The notes below the pieces were generated by a model, which had not been told where the DNA came from, searched no databases, and saw nothing but the letters and a program-made list of their open reading frames with translations. From positions 403,021 through 467,020 of the forward strand of contig JAVKGW010000001.1 in the NCBI GenBank assembly GCA_031460175.1: DNA of 64,000 bases, read 5' to 3'. This document shows positions 18,591-27,676 of this stretch, piece after piece; the stretch's first letter is position 1; every line of letters starts with the position of its first letter. Both the position numbers and the translations under genes were made by a program. This DNA comes from Candidatus Sysuimicrobium tengchongense (GTDB taxonomy: Bacteria > Sysuimicrobiota > Sysuimicrobiia > Sysuimicrobiales > Sysuimicrobiaceae).

Positions 18591-19306
18591 CCGAGAGCCC
18601 CGCGCTTCCGCAGGCCCGCAGAGCGATGGTCGCGGCGGTCCTCCTGATGGCCATCGCCGCCTGGGCGGTGGTGGTCCGGCAGGCCACCGGGGACGACCAA
18701 ATGGCCATGAGCCCCGCGGTGTTCCTCGGCAGCTGGACGACCATGATGTTGGCCATGATGCTCCCGTCCGCGCTCCCGGTGCTGCTCACCTTCGACCGGA
18801 TCCAGGCGGGCAGGCGGAAGCAGGGGGGGTCCGGCGTGCCCACCTGGGTCTTCCTCGTGGGGTACCTGGTGGTGTGGACCGCGTTCGGTGGTGTGGCCCT
18901 GGGAGTCCGGGAGTTGCTCGGAGCTGTGGGGGTCTCGCTCCACGGGCAGGGTGCCGCCGGCGTGCTTCTGGTCCTGGCTGGAGTCTACCAGTTCTCGCCC
19001 CTCAAGCACGCGTGTCTGGGGAAGTGCCGGAGTCCGCTCGGCTTCGTGCTCGGCTCCTGGCGGGACGGACGGCCGGGGGCCGTCCGCATGGGCCTGGAAC
19101 ACGGGATCTCGTGCCTCGGCTGCTGCTGGGCCCTTTTCTTGGTTCTGTTCCCCCTGGGGCTCATGAACCTGGCGGCCATGGCGGCCCTGACCGCCCTCGT
19201 CTTCGCCGAGAAGGTCCTGCCTGCCGGTCCGAAGCTCGCCCGCGCCACGGGGTCCGGGCTCGTTGCCTGGGGGCTTTTCACCCTGGCACGGGCGGGCTTC
19301 GTGTGA
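18587..19306 (+). CDS. DUF2182 family membrane protein (DUF1326 partner)
   Basis: GTGA overlap with the DUF1326 stop. Five or six TM helices and conserved Cys residues (SPLKHACLGKCRSP...CLGCCW). The start could instead be the ATG at ~18626. Confidence 0.65.
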   Translation: MTESPALPQARRAMVAAVLLMAIAAWAVVVRQATGDDQMAMSPAVFLGSWTTMMLAMMLPSALPVLLTFDRIQAGRRKQGGSGVPTWVFLVGYLVVWTAFGGVALGVRELLGAVGVSLHGQGAAGVLLVLAGVYQFSPLKHACLGKCRSPLGFVLGSWRDGRPGAVRMGLEHGISCLGCCWALFLVLFPLGLMNLAAMAALTALVFAEKVLPAGPKLARATGSGLVAWGLFTLARAGFV

Positions 19307-19330
19307 AACCGGAAGTCCGTCTAGCCGTGG

Positions 19331-19762
19331 TTACGGGCCCGCCGACTCCCCCAGCCGGACCGCGTGGGACCGGAAGTGCAGCTCGAAGGAGGTCTCCCAC
19401 TCTTCCTCGGTGCGGTCCACGTCCATGGCTTCCTCCCGGGTGGCCAGAAACGGCGTCCGCAGCGCCCACGGGCCCACGAGCTCCACCTCCAGCTCCACGG
19501 CCCGCTCGTTCAACACCACCTGGGCGCCGGGGGCCACCCGGTCCGCGGCGCGCTGGGCGGCTGCGTACAGGCGCCGGATGGCCGCCCAGTTCTGCAGCAC
19601 CTCCTCCGCCCGCCACCGGGCCTCGTCCTCGGTGCGGCCCCTCACGGGCTGCGGAAAGAGGTAGGCTCCTTCCGGATCCCGCAGCCGCACCTCCCACCGG
19701 GGTGGATCTTCCACCGGTCCCCGGAACTCGAACCGGTAGGTGACCCCGAAGGCTTCGAACAT
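19331..19762 (-). CDS. Hypothetical protein
   Basis: Acidic ~143-aa protein from the internal ATG (MFEAFGVTYRFEF...) with no family recognised. Confidence 0.4.
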   Translation of the reverse strand: MFEAFGVTYRFEFRGPVEDPPRWEVRLRDPEGAYLFPQPVRGRTEDEARWRAEEVLQNWAAIRRLYAAAQRAADRVAPGAQVVLNERAVELEVELVGPWALRTPFLATREEAMDVDRTEEEWETSFELHFRSHAVRLGESAGP

Positions 19763-19857
19763 CTCCTCCCACTCGCGGTACGGCGGACGCACGGTTTGCT
19801 CCTTGTCCCCCAGGTTTGCCCTACAATGGTAGCGCAATCAAGACACGGGGGGAGACC

Positions 19858-20259
19858 ATGGTACGGTTTGCCGCAGCCCTCGCGGTCCTGCTCCTCGGTT
19901 CCGCATCCCTCGCGCAAGGATCGACGGAGGACGGGACCGTCTACATCTGCAACGAGGTGGCCTTCCGGATCCGGACGGCTGCGGCGGGCCAGAGCATCGA
20001 GCAACGGCGGGAGGCAGTGCGGCTGCGCCTCGTCCAGGCCTACGCCCGAGGACGCATCACCGCGGCCCACATCACCCTGCGCAGGGTGCCCGGTGGGTGG
20101 GCCATCTCCGTGGGCGATCAGCTCCTCGTCACCGTGACCCCGGCGGACGGCCAGGCGAACGGGACCACCGCGGCCGCCCTCGCCCGGGTGTGGCTCGGGC
20201 GGCTCCGGGATCTCCTGCCCCGGTGCCGGTTAGAGGGGCCTCCCGACGTTCGGCCGTAG
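19858..20259 (+). CDS. Secreted hypothetical protein
   Basis: Signal peptide MVRFAAALAVLLLGSASLAQG and a GGGGGGAG Shine-Dalgarno. Confidence 0.5.
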   Translation: MVRFAAALAVLLLGSASLAQGSTEDGTVYICNEVAFRIRTAAAGQSIEQRREAVRLRLVQAYARGRITAAHITLRRVPGGWAISVGDQLLVTVTPADGQANGTTAAALARVWLGRLRDLLPRCRLEGPPDVRP

Positions 20260-20327
20260 CACGAGGAGTCTGGCGGCTTTGCGAAGAACCTCACCATCAA
20301 CTCCTCGCTAAAGGGAGGGCTGCCGAG

Positions 20328-20840
20328 ATGGGGATCTACCCCGCGGACGCGTACGAGTACCTGGTGAAGGCCCGGGAGCGGCTGCTGGGCTGGGTGGGAG
20401 GACTGTCCCAGGAGCAGTACACGCAGGAGTTCCCCATCGGCCTGCGCAGCATCCGGGCCACCTTGGTGCACATGGCCAGCGCGGAGTGGGGATACGTGCG
20501 GCGCCTGCTGGGAGAACCCGTTCCGCCGCCACAGGAGCGGCCCTTCGCCCCGCACGCGCAGGGGACGTTTGCGCCCTTCGCGGAGGCGTGGGCCCGTCAG
20601 GCGGAGGAGACCCGCCGGGTCTTGCGCTCCATCGAGGACTGGAACCGGCCCGCGGAGTACGTCATCCCGCTGGGCGGGCGCCCGCGTCGCTACCGCACCA
20701 CCGCGGCTGGGATCGCCACCCAACTCCTGTTCCACGAGGTGCACCACCGGGCGCAAGTTATGGCCATGCTGCGGCAGCTGGGGATCCCCGCGGAGAACCT
20801 GGACTACTCCGTGCTCATGTTCGAGCCCGTGGAGGAATAA
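20328..20840 (+). CDS. DinB/YfiT-like (DinB_2) metal-dependent hydrolase family protein
   Basis: AAAGGGAGGG Shine-Dalgarno 8 nt before the ATG and the four-helix DinB signature (LVHMASAEWGY...HEVHHRAQV). Confidence 0.7.
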   Translation: MGIYPADAYEYLVKARERLLGWVGGLSQEQYTQEFPIGLRSIRATLVHMASAEWGYVRRLLGEPVPPPQERPFAPHAQGTFAPFAEAWARQAEETRRVLRSIEDWNRPAEYVIPLGGRPRRYRTTAAGIATQLLFHEVHHRAQVMAMLRQLGIPAENLDYSVLMFEPVEE

Positions 20841-21263
20841 GGCCCAAGGGTTTCGAGGGCCAGGCGGGCACACAGGGAGCCCTGCCGGGCGGCTTCCTCG
20901 AGGGCAGCGGCCCTCGCCCACCGCCAGTCGGTGTAGTGGGTGACCCCGGGGTCAGAGGAGGGCTGAGGGAGCCGGGGCTCGGGACCCACGAGCTCCGCCT
21001 CCCACAGGCGCATCTCCAGCCGGTATCCGGACCGCTCCTGGACACCGTGGGCCCGCACGCCCAACAGACGCACCTCGATCCCCAGCTTTTCCCGGGCCAC
21101 CCGGTGCACCGCCTCGATCTCTTCCTCTCCCAGTCGGAGAGTGGCCGCGGGCAGACCCCACACGCCCGGGAGCTCCTCCTCATGCTCCGGCCTTCGGACC
21201 ACCACGAAGCGCCCGCGTTCCCCAGGCGGATACACGAGCAGGGCCACGGATCGCTTCACCACG
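20804..21263 (-). CDS. NUDIX hydrolase
   Basis: Loose Nudix box (GEEEIEAVHRVAREKLGIEV). GTG start after GAGGGGG. The N-terminal 70 aa of the track ORF are spurious. Confidence 0.55.
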
Positions 21264-21329
21264 GCGCACCCCCTCGGACGGATTCGCGTGCTCCACACGC
21301 GGCTCCTCCTCCCACGGTACACTGAATCC

Positions 21330-23090
21330 GTGTGGACCCGGCGTACGCTGGAGGAAGTGCAGGCCCTGATGCAGGTGGCGCGGGGAGAGCGGCCCGCGGA
21401 CCTTGCCCTGGTGGGCGGGCGGGTGCTGCTCGTGCAGTCGGGGGAGGTGTTGCCCGCGCACGTGGCGGTGGCCGGACGGCGCATCGCCTACGTGGGTCCC
21501 TCCACGGACTTCATCGGACCGAAGACGAAGGTGGTGGACTGCGCGGGGAAGGTGATCGTGCCGGGGTATGTGGAGCCCCACACGCACCCCACCCACATGA
21601 TCACCCCGGGGGAGTTCGCCCGCATGGTGTTGCGCACGGGCACCACCACCCTGGTGGCGGACACCCTGGCGGTCCTCGCCCTCGCGGATCCGGGCCTGTG
21701 GGGGGAGCTGCTGGAGACCCTGCATCGGCTGCCCGTCCAGTACCTGTGGTTCCTGCGGTTCCAGCGGCCCACCCGATCCGCGGGATCCGAACGGTTCGAG
21801 CTGGACCTGCTGGAGACCGTGCTCCACCTGCCCTCCGTGGTGGCGGTGGGGGAGTTCACCCGGTGGACCGAGCTCTATCGGGGAGAGGAGGGTCTCCTGC
21901 GCAAGCTCGTGCGGGTCCGGCGGATGGGCAAACGGGCGGAGGGACACCTGCCCGGAGTCCCCTACGACCGGGTGCAGGTCCTCGTGGCCGCGGGGCTCAG
22001 CAGCGACCACGAACCCATCACCCCGGAGGAGGCGTGGGACCGGCTGCGCAGCGGCCTGTATGTCATGCTGCGCCACTCCTCCCTCCGCCGCGACCTCCCC
22101 GCCCTCGCGGAGGTCGCGAGGCGGGCAGGTCCGGCCTTCGGACGGTTGATGCTGACCGCGGACGGCTCGGACGTGGCCTACGTCGTGCGCCACGGATACT
22201 TGGATCACCTCCTCCGGGTGGCCATGGAAAGCGGCGTTCCGCCCCCCGCGGCCTATGCCCTAGCCACCCTCAACCCCGCCACCTACTACGGGCTCGACGA
22301 GGAGTTCGGCATGGTGGCTCCAGGACGGCTCGCGGACCTGTTGGTGCTCCCTTCTCTGGAGAACCCCACGCCGGAGCGGGTCATCGTCCGGGGCCAGGTG
22401 GCGGTGGAGGAGGGAGAGGTCCGCGTGGTGTTCCCCCCGCTCGACTGGGCCCGGTACTTCCCGCCTCGGTTTCGGGCGGAGTGGATCCCGCAGCCGGAGT
22501 GGTTCACGTTCCCCGCACCGGGCCCGGAGGTTTCCCTGGTGGGCATGGAGCTGGACAACGCGGTGATCACCCGCCGCCGGGAATGGAACCTGCCCGTGCG
22601 GGGAGGGCGCGCGGTGTTCCCGGAGGGCGTGGTCCTGGCCGTTCTGCTGGACCACGGGGGACGGTGGATGGTCCGGGCACCCCTCGGAAACTTCGCCCGC
22701 CGGCTCGGGGGACTCGCCTGCACCTTCAATGTCGCGCATGAGGTCCTGGTGTGCGGCCAGCAGCCGGAGGACATGGCCCTGGCGGTTCGGCGCGTCCAGG
22801 CCATGGGCGGTGGGGTCGCCCTCGTGGAAGGAGGAGCGGTGCGGCTCGAACTGCCCCTCCCCTTCGGTGGCTTGATGAGCTCGCTCCCCTACGAGGAGGT
22901 GGCCGCGCGGATCGAGCGGCTCACGGAGCTCCTCCGGGCCCGCGGATACCCGCACGACGACCTCTTCTACACCCTTTTGTTCCTGCCCTCCGACGGACTC
23001 CCCCGGGTCCGGCTCATGGCGGAGGGCCTGTGGGACGTGCGGGCCAATCGCCTGTTGCGCCCGCCCGAGTTCCTCGGTTTCGGAGGTTAA
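21330..23090 (+). CDS. Adenine deaminase-like amidohydrolase
   Basis: 587 aa with a metal-binding HTHPTH motif, the Ade family length, and the conserved C-terminal domain. Confidence 0.7.
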   Translation: MWTRRTLEEVQALMQVARGERPADLALVGGRVLLVQSGEVLPAHVAVAGRRIAYVGPSTDFIGPKTKVVDCAGKVIVPGYVEPHTHPTHMITPGEFARMVLRTGTTTLVADTLAVLALADPGLWGELLETLHRLPVQYLWFLRFQRPTRSAGSERFELDLLETVLHLPSVVAVGEFTRWTELYRGEEGLLRKLVRVRRMGKRAEGHLPGVPYDRVQVLVAAGLSSDHEPITPEEAWDRLRSGLYVMLRHSSLRRDLPALAEVARRAGPAFGRLMLTADGSDVAYVVRHGYLDHLLRVAMESGVPPPAAYALATLNPATYYGLDEEFGMVAPGRLADLLVLPSLENPTPERVIVRGQVAVEEGEVRVVFPPLDWARYFPPRFRAEWIPQPEWFTFPAPGPEVSLVGMELDNAVITRRREWNLPVRGGRAVFPEGVVLAVLLDHGGRWMVRAPLGNFARRLGGLACTFNVAHEVLVCGQQPEDMALAVRRVQAMGGGVALVEGGAVRLELPLPFGGLMSSLPYEEVAARIERLTELLRARGYPHDDLFYTLLFLPSDGLPRVRLMAEGLWDVRANRLLRPPEFLGFGG

Positions 23091-23944
23091 CCCAGGGGCG
23101 CGGGGATCCGGACGCGCTCGGCTCCGCTGTAGACGTTGAAGCGATCCTCCCGCAGGAACCCCACCAGGGTCACCCCGAAGGCCCTGGCCACCTCCGCCGC
23201 GAGGCTGCTGGGGGCGGAGACCGCGCAGAAGATGGGGATTCCGGCCACCACTGCCTTCTGCACCAGTTCGAAGCTGGCCCGTCCGCTCACCAGCACGATG
23301 TGCTCCCCAAGCGGCAGCTTCCCCTCCAGGAACGCCCACCCCAGGAGCTTGTCCATGGCGTTGTGCCGTCCCACATCCTCCCGGAGGGCCAGAAGCCTCC
23401 CTCCTCCTTCGAAGAGGGCCGCGGCGTGTAACCCCCCGGTGAGGGCAAAGAGGCTCTGGGCCGCCCGCAGCTGCTCGGGCAGCCCACGCAGCACCGCGGC
23501 CTCCACCGCGGGACCCGGACCGACCTGGCACCCCCGGAGCCGCAGGGCCTCCAGGCTCGCCTTCCCGCACACCCCGCAGGCGCTCGTGGTGTAGAAGTGA
23601 CGCTCCAGGGACGGCAACTCCGGGAGGGCATCCGTGCGGAGCTCCACGTTCACCACGTTGTACCGCTGTTCGGGATCCAGGTCCGGGTCCACGCAGTAGG
23701 AGATGCGGGCGATCTCCTCCCGGTGCGTCACGATCCCTTCCGTGAAGAGGAACCCCGCGGCCAGCTCGAAGTCGTGGCCGGGGGTGCGCATGGTCACCGC
23801 CACGGTTTTCCGGTGCGACCCCGCGACCAGGCGGATCTCCATGGGCTCCTCGGTGGCCAGGAGATCCCCGCGCACCTCCACCCGGTCCCCCCGTACCACC
23901 CGCACCTGCGTGCGGACCTTTGAAGCAGGCCGCCCCCCACCCAT
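23087..23944 (-). CDS. fdhD: Formate dehydrogenase accessory sulfurtransferase FdhD
   Basis: Active-site loop SACGVCGK, NAMDKL and the family length. Confidence 0.8.
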   Translation of the reverse strand: MGGGRPASKVRTQVRVVRGDRVEVRGDLLATEEPMEIRLVAGSHRKTVAVTMRTPGHDFELAAGFLFTEGIVTHREEIARISYCVDPDLDPEQRYNVVNVELRTDALPELPSLERHFYTTSACGVCGKASLEALRLRGCQVGPGPAVEAAVLRGLPEQLRAAQSLFALTGGLHAAALFEGGGRLLALREDVGRHNAMDKLLGWAFLEGKLPLGEHIVLVSGRASFELVQKAVVAGIPIFCAVSAPSSLAAEVARAFGVTLVGFLREDRFNVYSGAERVRIPAPLG

Positions 23945-24099
23945 GACGCCACCTCCTCGGCCTCCCCGGATCCACGCATCCCCCTGCAGCATGCCCTTCC
24001 GCGGGCGGCCGCGCAAGACTTCCCCCTCGACGCCGCGGCCCGGGTGCCCTAGCATCCGCATGAGGGCGGGACGCGCCGAGACCGAGACGGAGGAGCGGC

Positions 24100-24504
24100 A
24101 TGGTGACCTTTCTCTTCCACGCGCCGGTCACGGACTTCCCCGTGGCCCTGTGGCTCACGAGCCTGCTGTTCGACGCGCTGGGGTGGTGGCGGCCCCGGGA
24201 GGTGTACCGGACCATGGCCCTGTGGCTCGTGGGGTTGGGACTCCTGTCCGCGGCGGTGGCCATCGGCACCGCGTTTTACGACTACGCGCGCCTGGTGCGG
24301 GAAGGGGTGGGCACGGCCTTTCTGCAGCGCCACGCCACGCACAGCCTCCTCGCCTACGCGGCCACCGCCACCTACCTCGTGAGTTTCCTGCTCCGCTGGA
24401 GAGCCCCGCAGGCCCGGGCCGCCATCGGCGGGCTCGCGGTCGTAGGCGCGCTCCTCGTCGGCCTTGCCGGGTACCTCGGCGGCGAGCTCCGGAAGGTGAT
24501 GTGA
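24100..24504 (+). CDS. DUF2231-like small membrane protein
   Basis: 134 aa with 4 TM helices. Confidence 0.5.
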   Translation: MVTFLFHAPVTDFPVALWLTSLLFDALGWWRPREVYRTMALWLVGLGLLSAAVAIGTAFYDYARLVREGVGTAFLQRHATHSLLAYAATATYLVSFLLRWRAPQARAAIGGLAVVGALLVGLAGYLGGELRKVM

Positions 24505-24508
24505 GGAA

Positions 24509-25966
24509 ATGCACCGCCTGATCCGGATCCCCGCCCCGTATCCGCCCAGCCCCGCGGCGGTGCTGGAAGCCTTCCCGAGGGAGCCAGGCCGGGTCCTGCT
24601 CGAGAGCGCAGGAGGCCCGGAGGACCTGAGCGTCCGCTCCTTCGTCACCGCCCGGCCTTTTGCGCTCCTCACGGGCCGCGGGGGCCGCTACCTCCTCCGC
24701 ACCGACCGGGCGAGGTCCACCCTCACGGGTTGCCCGTTCACCGCGCTCCAGCGGACGCTCTGGTCCTTCGGCGCGGATCTCCCGCGCGGACCCCTGGGGC
24801 TTATGGAGCCGCTCGCGGACTGGCCCACCTTCGCGGGTGGCGGGATCGGCTACCTCAGCTACGACCTCGGCCGCCAGGTGGAGCGCCTCCCCGCCCTCGC
24901 CCTCGATGACCTCGGCCTTCCGGAGCTGTGGATCGCGTGGTACGACGCCGCGGTGGTCCTCGATCACCGTCGGCGGGAGGCCGCGGTGGTGGGGCGGGTG
25001 CTGCCGGGTCGGGAACAGGCGGTGGCGGACCACGTGCGGTTTCTCCTGCGGGCCCTGGAGGTCGCGGCGGAACGCCCGGATCAGAATTCCGGGCTCCTCC
25101 CGGAGCGCTTCGCCCTGCGGTCCACCTTCACCCGGGAGGGATACGAGGCCGCGGTGCGGCGGGCCATCGCGTACATCCGGGCGGGCGACATCTTCCAGGT
25201 GAACCTCAGCCAGCGGTTCTGCGCCCCCTGGCCCGGGGATCCGTGGCTTCTGTACCGCCGGCTCCGTCGCACCAACCCCGCGCCCTTCGCCGCCTTTCTC
25301 GACGGCGGCACGTGGGCCGTGGTGAGCGCTTCGCCGGAGCGCTTCCTGCAGGTGGACCCCCGTACCCGGCGGGTGGAGACCCGGCCCATCAAGGGCACGC
25401 GGCCCCGCGGCCGGACTCCGGAGGAGGACGCCCGGTATGCCGAGAGGCTCCTCCAGAGCGAGAAGGATCTCGCGGAACTGGTGATGATCGTGGACCTGGA
25501 GCGCAACGATCTGGGTCGGGTCTGCACGTACGGGACCGTTCGGGTGCCGGAGCTGCGGCGCCTGGAGGCCTATCCCACGGTTTGGCACACGGTGGCGGTG
25601 GTGGAGGGGAGGCTCCGGCCCGGCGTAGGGCCGGCGGAGCTCCTGCGGGCCACGTTCCCGGGCGGGTCCATCACGGGAGCTCCCAAGGTCCGGGCCATGG
25701 AGATCATCGAGGAGCTGGAGCCCGTACGCCGCGGGGTGTACACGGGCGCCATCGGGTGGTTCGGATGGGACGGTGCCCTGGACCTGAGCATCGCCATCCG
25801 CACCTTCGTGGTGACCGGCGGGGAGGCGTACTTCCACGCGGGCGGGGGGATCGTGGCGGACTCCGATCCCGCCGCGGAGTACGAGGAGACCCTCGCCAAG
25901 GCCCTGGGGCTTGTGCGGGCTCTGCGGGAGGGGGTCGAAGTCCCTGCGGTTCGTGTGGCTCAGTAG
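24509..25966 (+). CDS. pabB: Aminodeoxychorismate synthase component I (chorismate-binding enzyme)
   Basis: Chorismate-binding domain motifs (PIKGTRPRG, FPGGSITGAPK, GGGIVADSDP). Adjacent to a class IV aminotransferase. Confidence 0.85.
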   Translation: MHRLIRIPAPYPPSPAAVLEAFPREPGRVLLESAGGPEDLSVRSFVTARPFALLTGRGGRYLLRTDRARSTLTGCPFTALQRTLWSFGADLPRGPLGLMEPLADWPTFAGGGIGYLSYDLGRQVERLPALALDDLGLPELWIAWYDAAVVLDHRRREAAVVGRVLPGREQAVADHVRFLLRALEVAAERPDQNSGLLPERFALRSTFTREGYEAAVRRAIAYIRAGDIFQVNLSQRFCAPWPGDPWLLYRRLRRTNPAPFAAFLDGGTWAVVSASPERFLQVDPRTRRVETRPIKGTRPRGRTPEEDARYAERLLQSEKDLAELVMIVDLERNDLGRVCTYGTVRVPELRRLEAYPTVWHTVAVVEGRLRPGVGPAELLRATFPGGSITGAPKVRAMEIIEELEPVRRGVYTGAIGWFGWDGALDLSIAIRTFVVTGGEAYFHAGGGIVADSDPAAEYEETLAKALGLVRALREGVEVPAVRVAQ

Positions 25967-26786
25967 CGCGGGCGGGTTGGTGGAGGCCAGGCGGGCCTGG
26001 ATCCCGGCCACCGACCGGGGGTTCCTGCTGGGAGATGGCCTCTTCGAGACCACCCGGGTGTACCGGGGACGTGCGCCCCTGCTCGCGTACCACCTCCGGA
26101 GGCTGCATGCAGGCGCGGAGCGACTCGGGATCCCCATCCCGTGGGACCTCGGGTCCGCGGCCGCGGAACTTCTGCGGCACGTTCCCGCGGAGCACGGGGT
26201 GCTGCGGATCACCCTCACCCGGGGCCCGGGGCCCCGGGGCTACGATCCGCCCGCCACGGCGCACCCCACGGCCCTCCTCCAGGTGGATCCCCTGGAAGCC
26301 GCGGCAGAGCCCGTGGACGCGTGGCTCTCCTCCCTCCGCCGCGATCCCCGCGCTCCCACCGCCGGGCTCAAGACCACGAGCGCCCTCCCGCTCGTTCTGG
26401 CCCGCCAGGAAGCCCGGGCCGCGGGGTGCGGGGAGGCACTGCTGTTGGATACGGAGGGGAACCTCGCGGAGGGGACCGCCACCAACCTCTTCTGGGTGCG
26501 GGAAGGAATCCTCTACACGCCCGCCCTCGCCACCGGGTGCCTCCCCGGCATTGCCCGGGCCCTGGTCCTGGAACTGTCCCGGGTTCACGGAATCCCCGTG
26601 CGGGAGGTCACCGCTCCCGTGGAGGCCCTCGAGGGGGCCTCCGAGGCCTTCCTCACCAACGCGGTGCGCCTCCTCCTCCCCCTCCGGTCCGTGCGCCTTC
26701 CCGGCGGTGCCCGCATCTCGCTCCCCGCTGGCCCCCTCACCGAGACCTTCCGGGCCGCGCTGTGGAACCGGTTTGTTGAGGGCTGA
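25954..26786 (+). CDS. pabC: Aminodeoxychorismate lyase / class IV aminotransferase
   Basis: Fold-type IV PLP enzyme motifs (GLFETTRV, TNLFWV). The GTG start overlaps the pabB stop by 13 nt. Confidence 0.7.
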
Positions 26787-26788
26787 GG

Positions 26789-27676
26789 CTACGGGGTCTT
26801 CATCTCCGGCTTCGGATCCACCCCCGCGTGCACGTAGGTCCAGCCGAAGCGGCCCTTGATGCACAGGAACCCGCGGGTGATGGGATCGTCGGGCGGTGCC
26901 GTCACCTTCACGATGCGGTCGTCCTGCACGTGGAGCTCCAGGTTGCAGCCCACCCCGCAGTAGGGGCACACGGTGGTCACCACCCGCTGCCGCGTCTCGT
27001 CCCAGGTGCCCGCCCGCCGCATCTCGAACTGGGTCTTCGGGACCAGGGCTTCCGTGGGGCAGACCGCCACACAGTTCCCGCAGAACACGCAGGCGCTCTC
27101 GGGAAGCGGCAGGTCAAACCCGGGGTCGATGCGGGCCTCGAGCCCCCTTCCGGCCACCGCGATGGCGAAGCTGTTCTGCACTTCCTCCCCGCACACCCGC
27201 ACGCACCGGTAGCAGAGGATGCACCGATCCAGGTCCCGCACGTACAGCTCGTTGTCCACCTTGGGAGCCCGCGGGCGCGGAGGGCCCTCCGGTCGGAAGC
27301 GCGCCCACCGCTCAGGCCGGGCTCCGTACTCCTCCGCGTAGCGCTGCACGTCCGGGGCAAGGCTCGTGTCCACGGAGCTCTGCAGGAGTTCTGCCACCAT
27401 GCGGCGGCTGAGCCGCACGCGCGGGGTGTCCGTGCGCACCCGCATCCCGGGCTCGACCTTCCGGATGCAGGCCGGCACCAGGGTGCGGGAGCCCTCGACC
27501 TCCACCACGCAGATCCGGCAGACCCCGATGGGCTCCAGGACGGGGTGGTAGCAGAGGGTGGGGACGTCCTTGCCCAAGGCCCGGATGGCCTCTAGAAGCG
27601 TGGACCCTTCGGGGACCGCGACGGTCTGCCCGTCCACCTCGAGCTGCACGAGCGCAGCCTGCACCTCGGTGGTCAT
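26789..27676 (-). CDS. Formate dehydrogenase alpha subunit, N-terminal Fe-S fragment
   Basis: Contains a 2Fe-2S ferredoxin domain, two 4Fe-4S sites (CILCYRCVRVC, CVFCGNCVAVCP), and the Mo-bisPGD 4Fe-4S motif CPYCGVGC. It ends at ...CIKGRFGWTYVH, where the catalytic fragment's sequence (RLTYPLVR...) picks up, by alignment to E. coli FdhF. Its ATG overlaps the upstream stop as ATGA. Confidence 0.8.
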   Translation of the reverse strand: MTTEVQAALVQLEVDGQTVAVPEGSTLLEAIRALGKDVPTLCYHPVLEPIGVCRICVVEVEGSRTLVPACIRKVEPGMRVRTDTPRVRLSRRMVAELLQSSVDTSLAPDVQRYAEEYGARPERWARFRPEGPPRPRAPKVDNELYVRDLDRCILCYRCVRVCGEEVQNSFAIAVAGRGLEARIDPGFDLPLPESACVFCGNCVAVCPTEALVPKTQFEMRRAGTWDETRQRVVTTVCPYCGVGCNLELHVQDDRIVKVTAPPDDPITRGFLCIKGRFGWTYVHAGVDPKPEMKTP

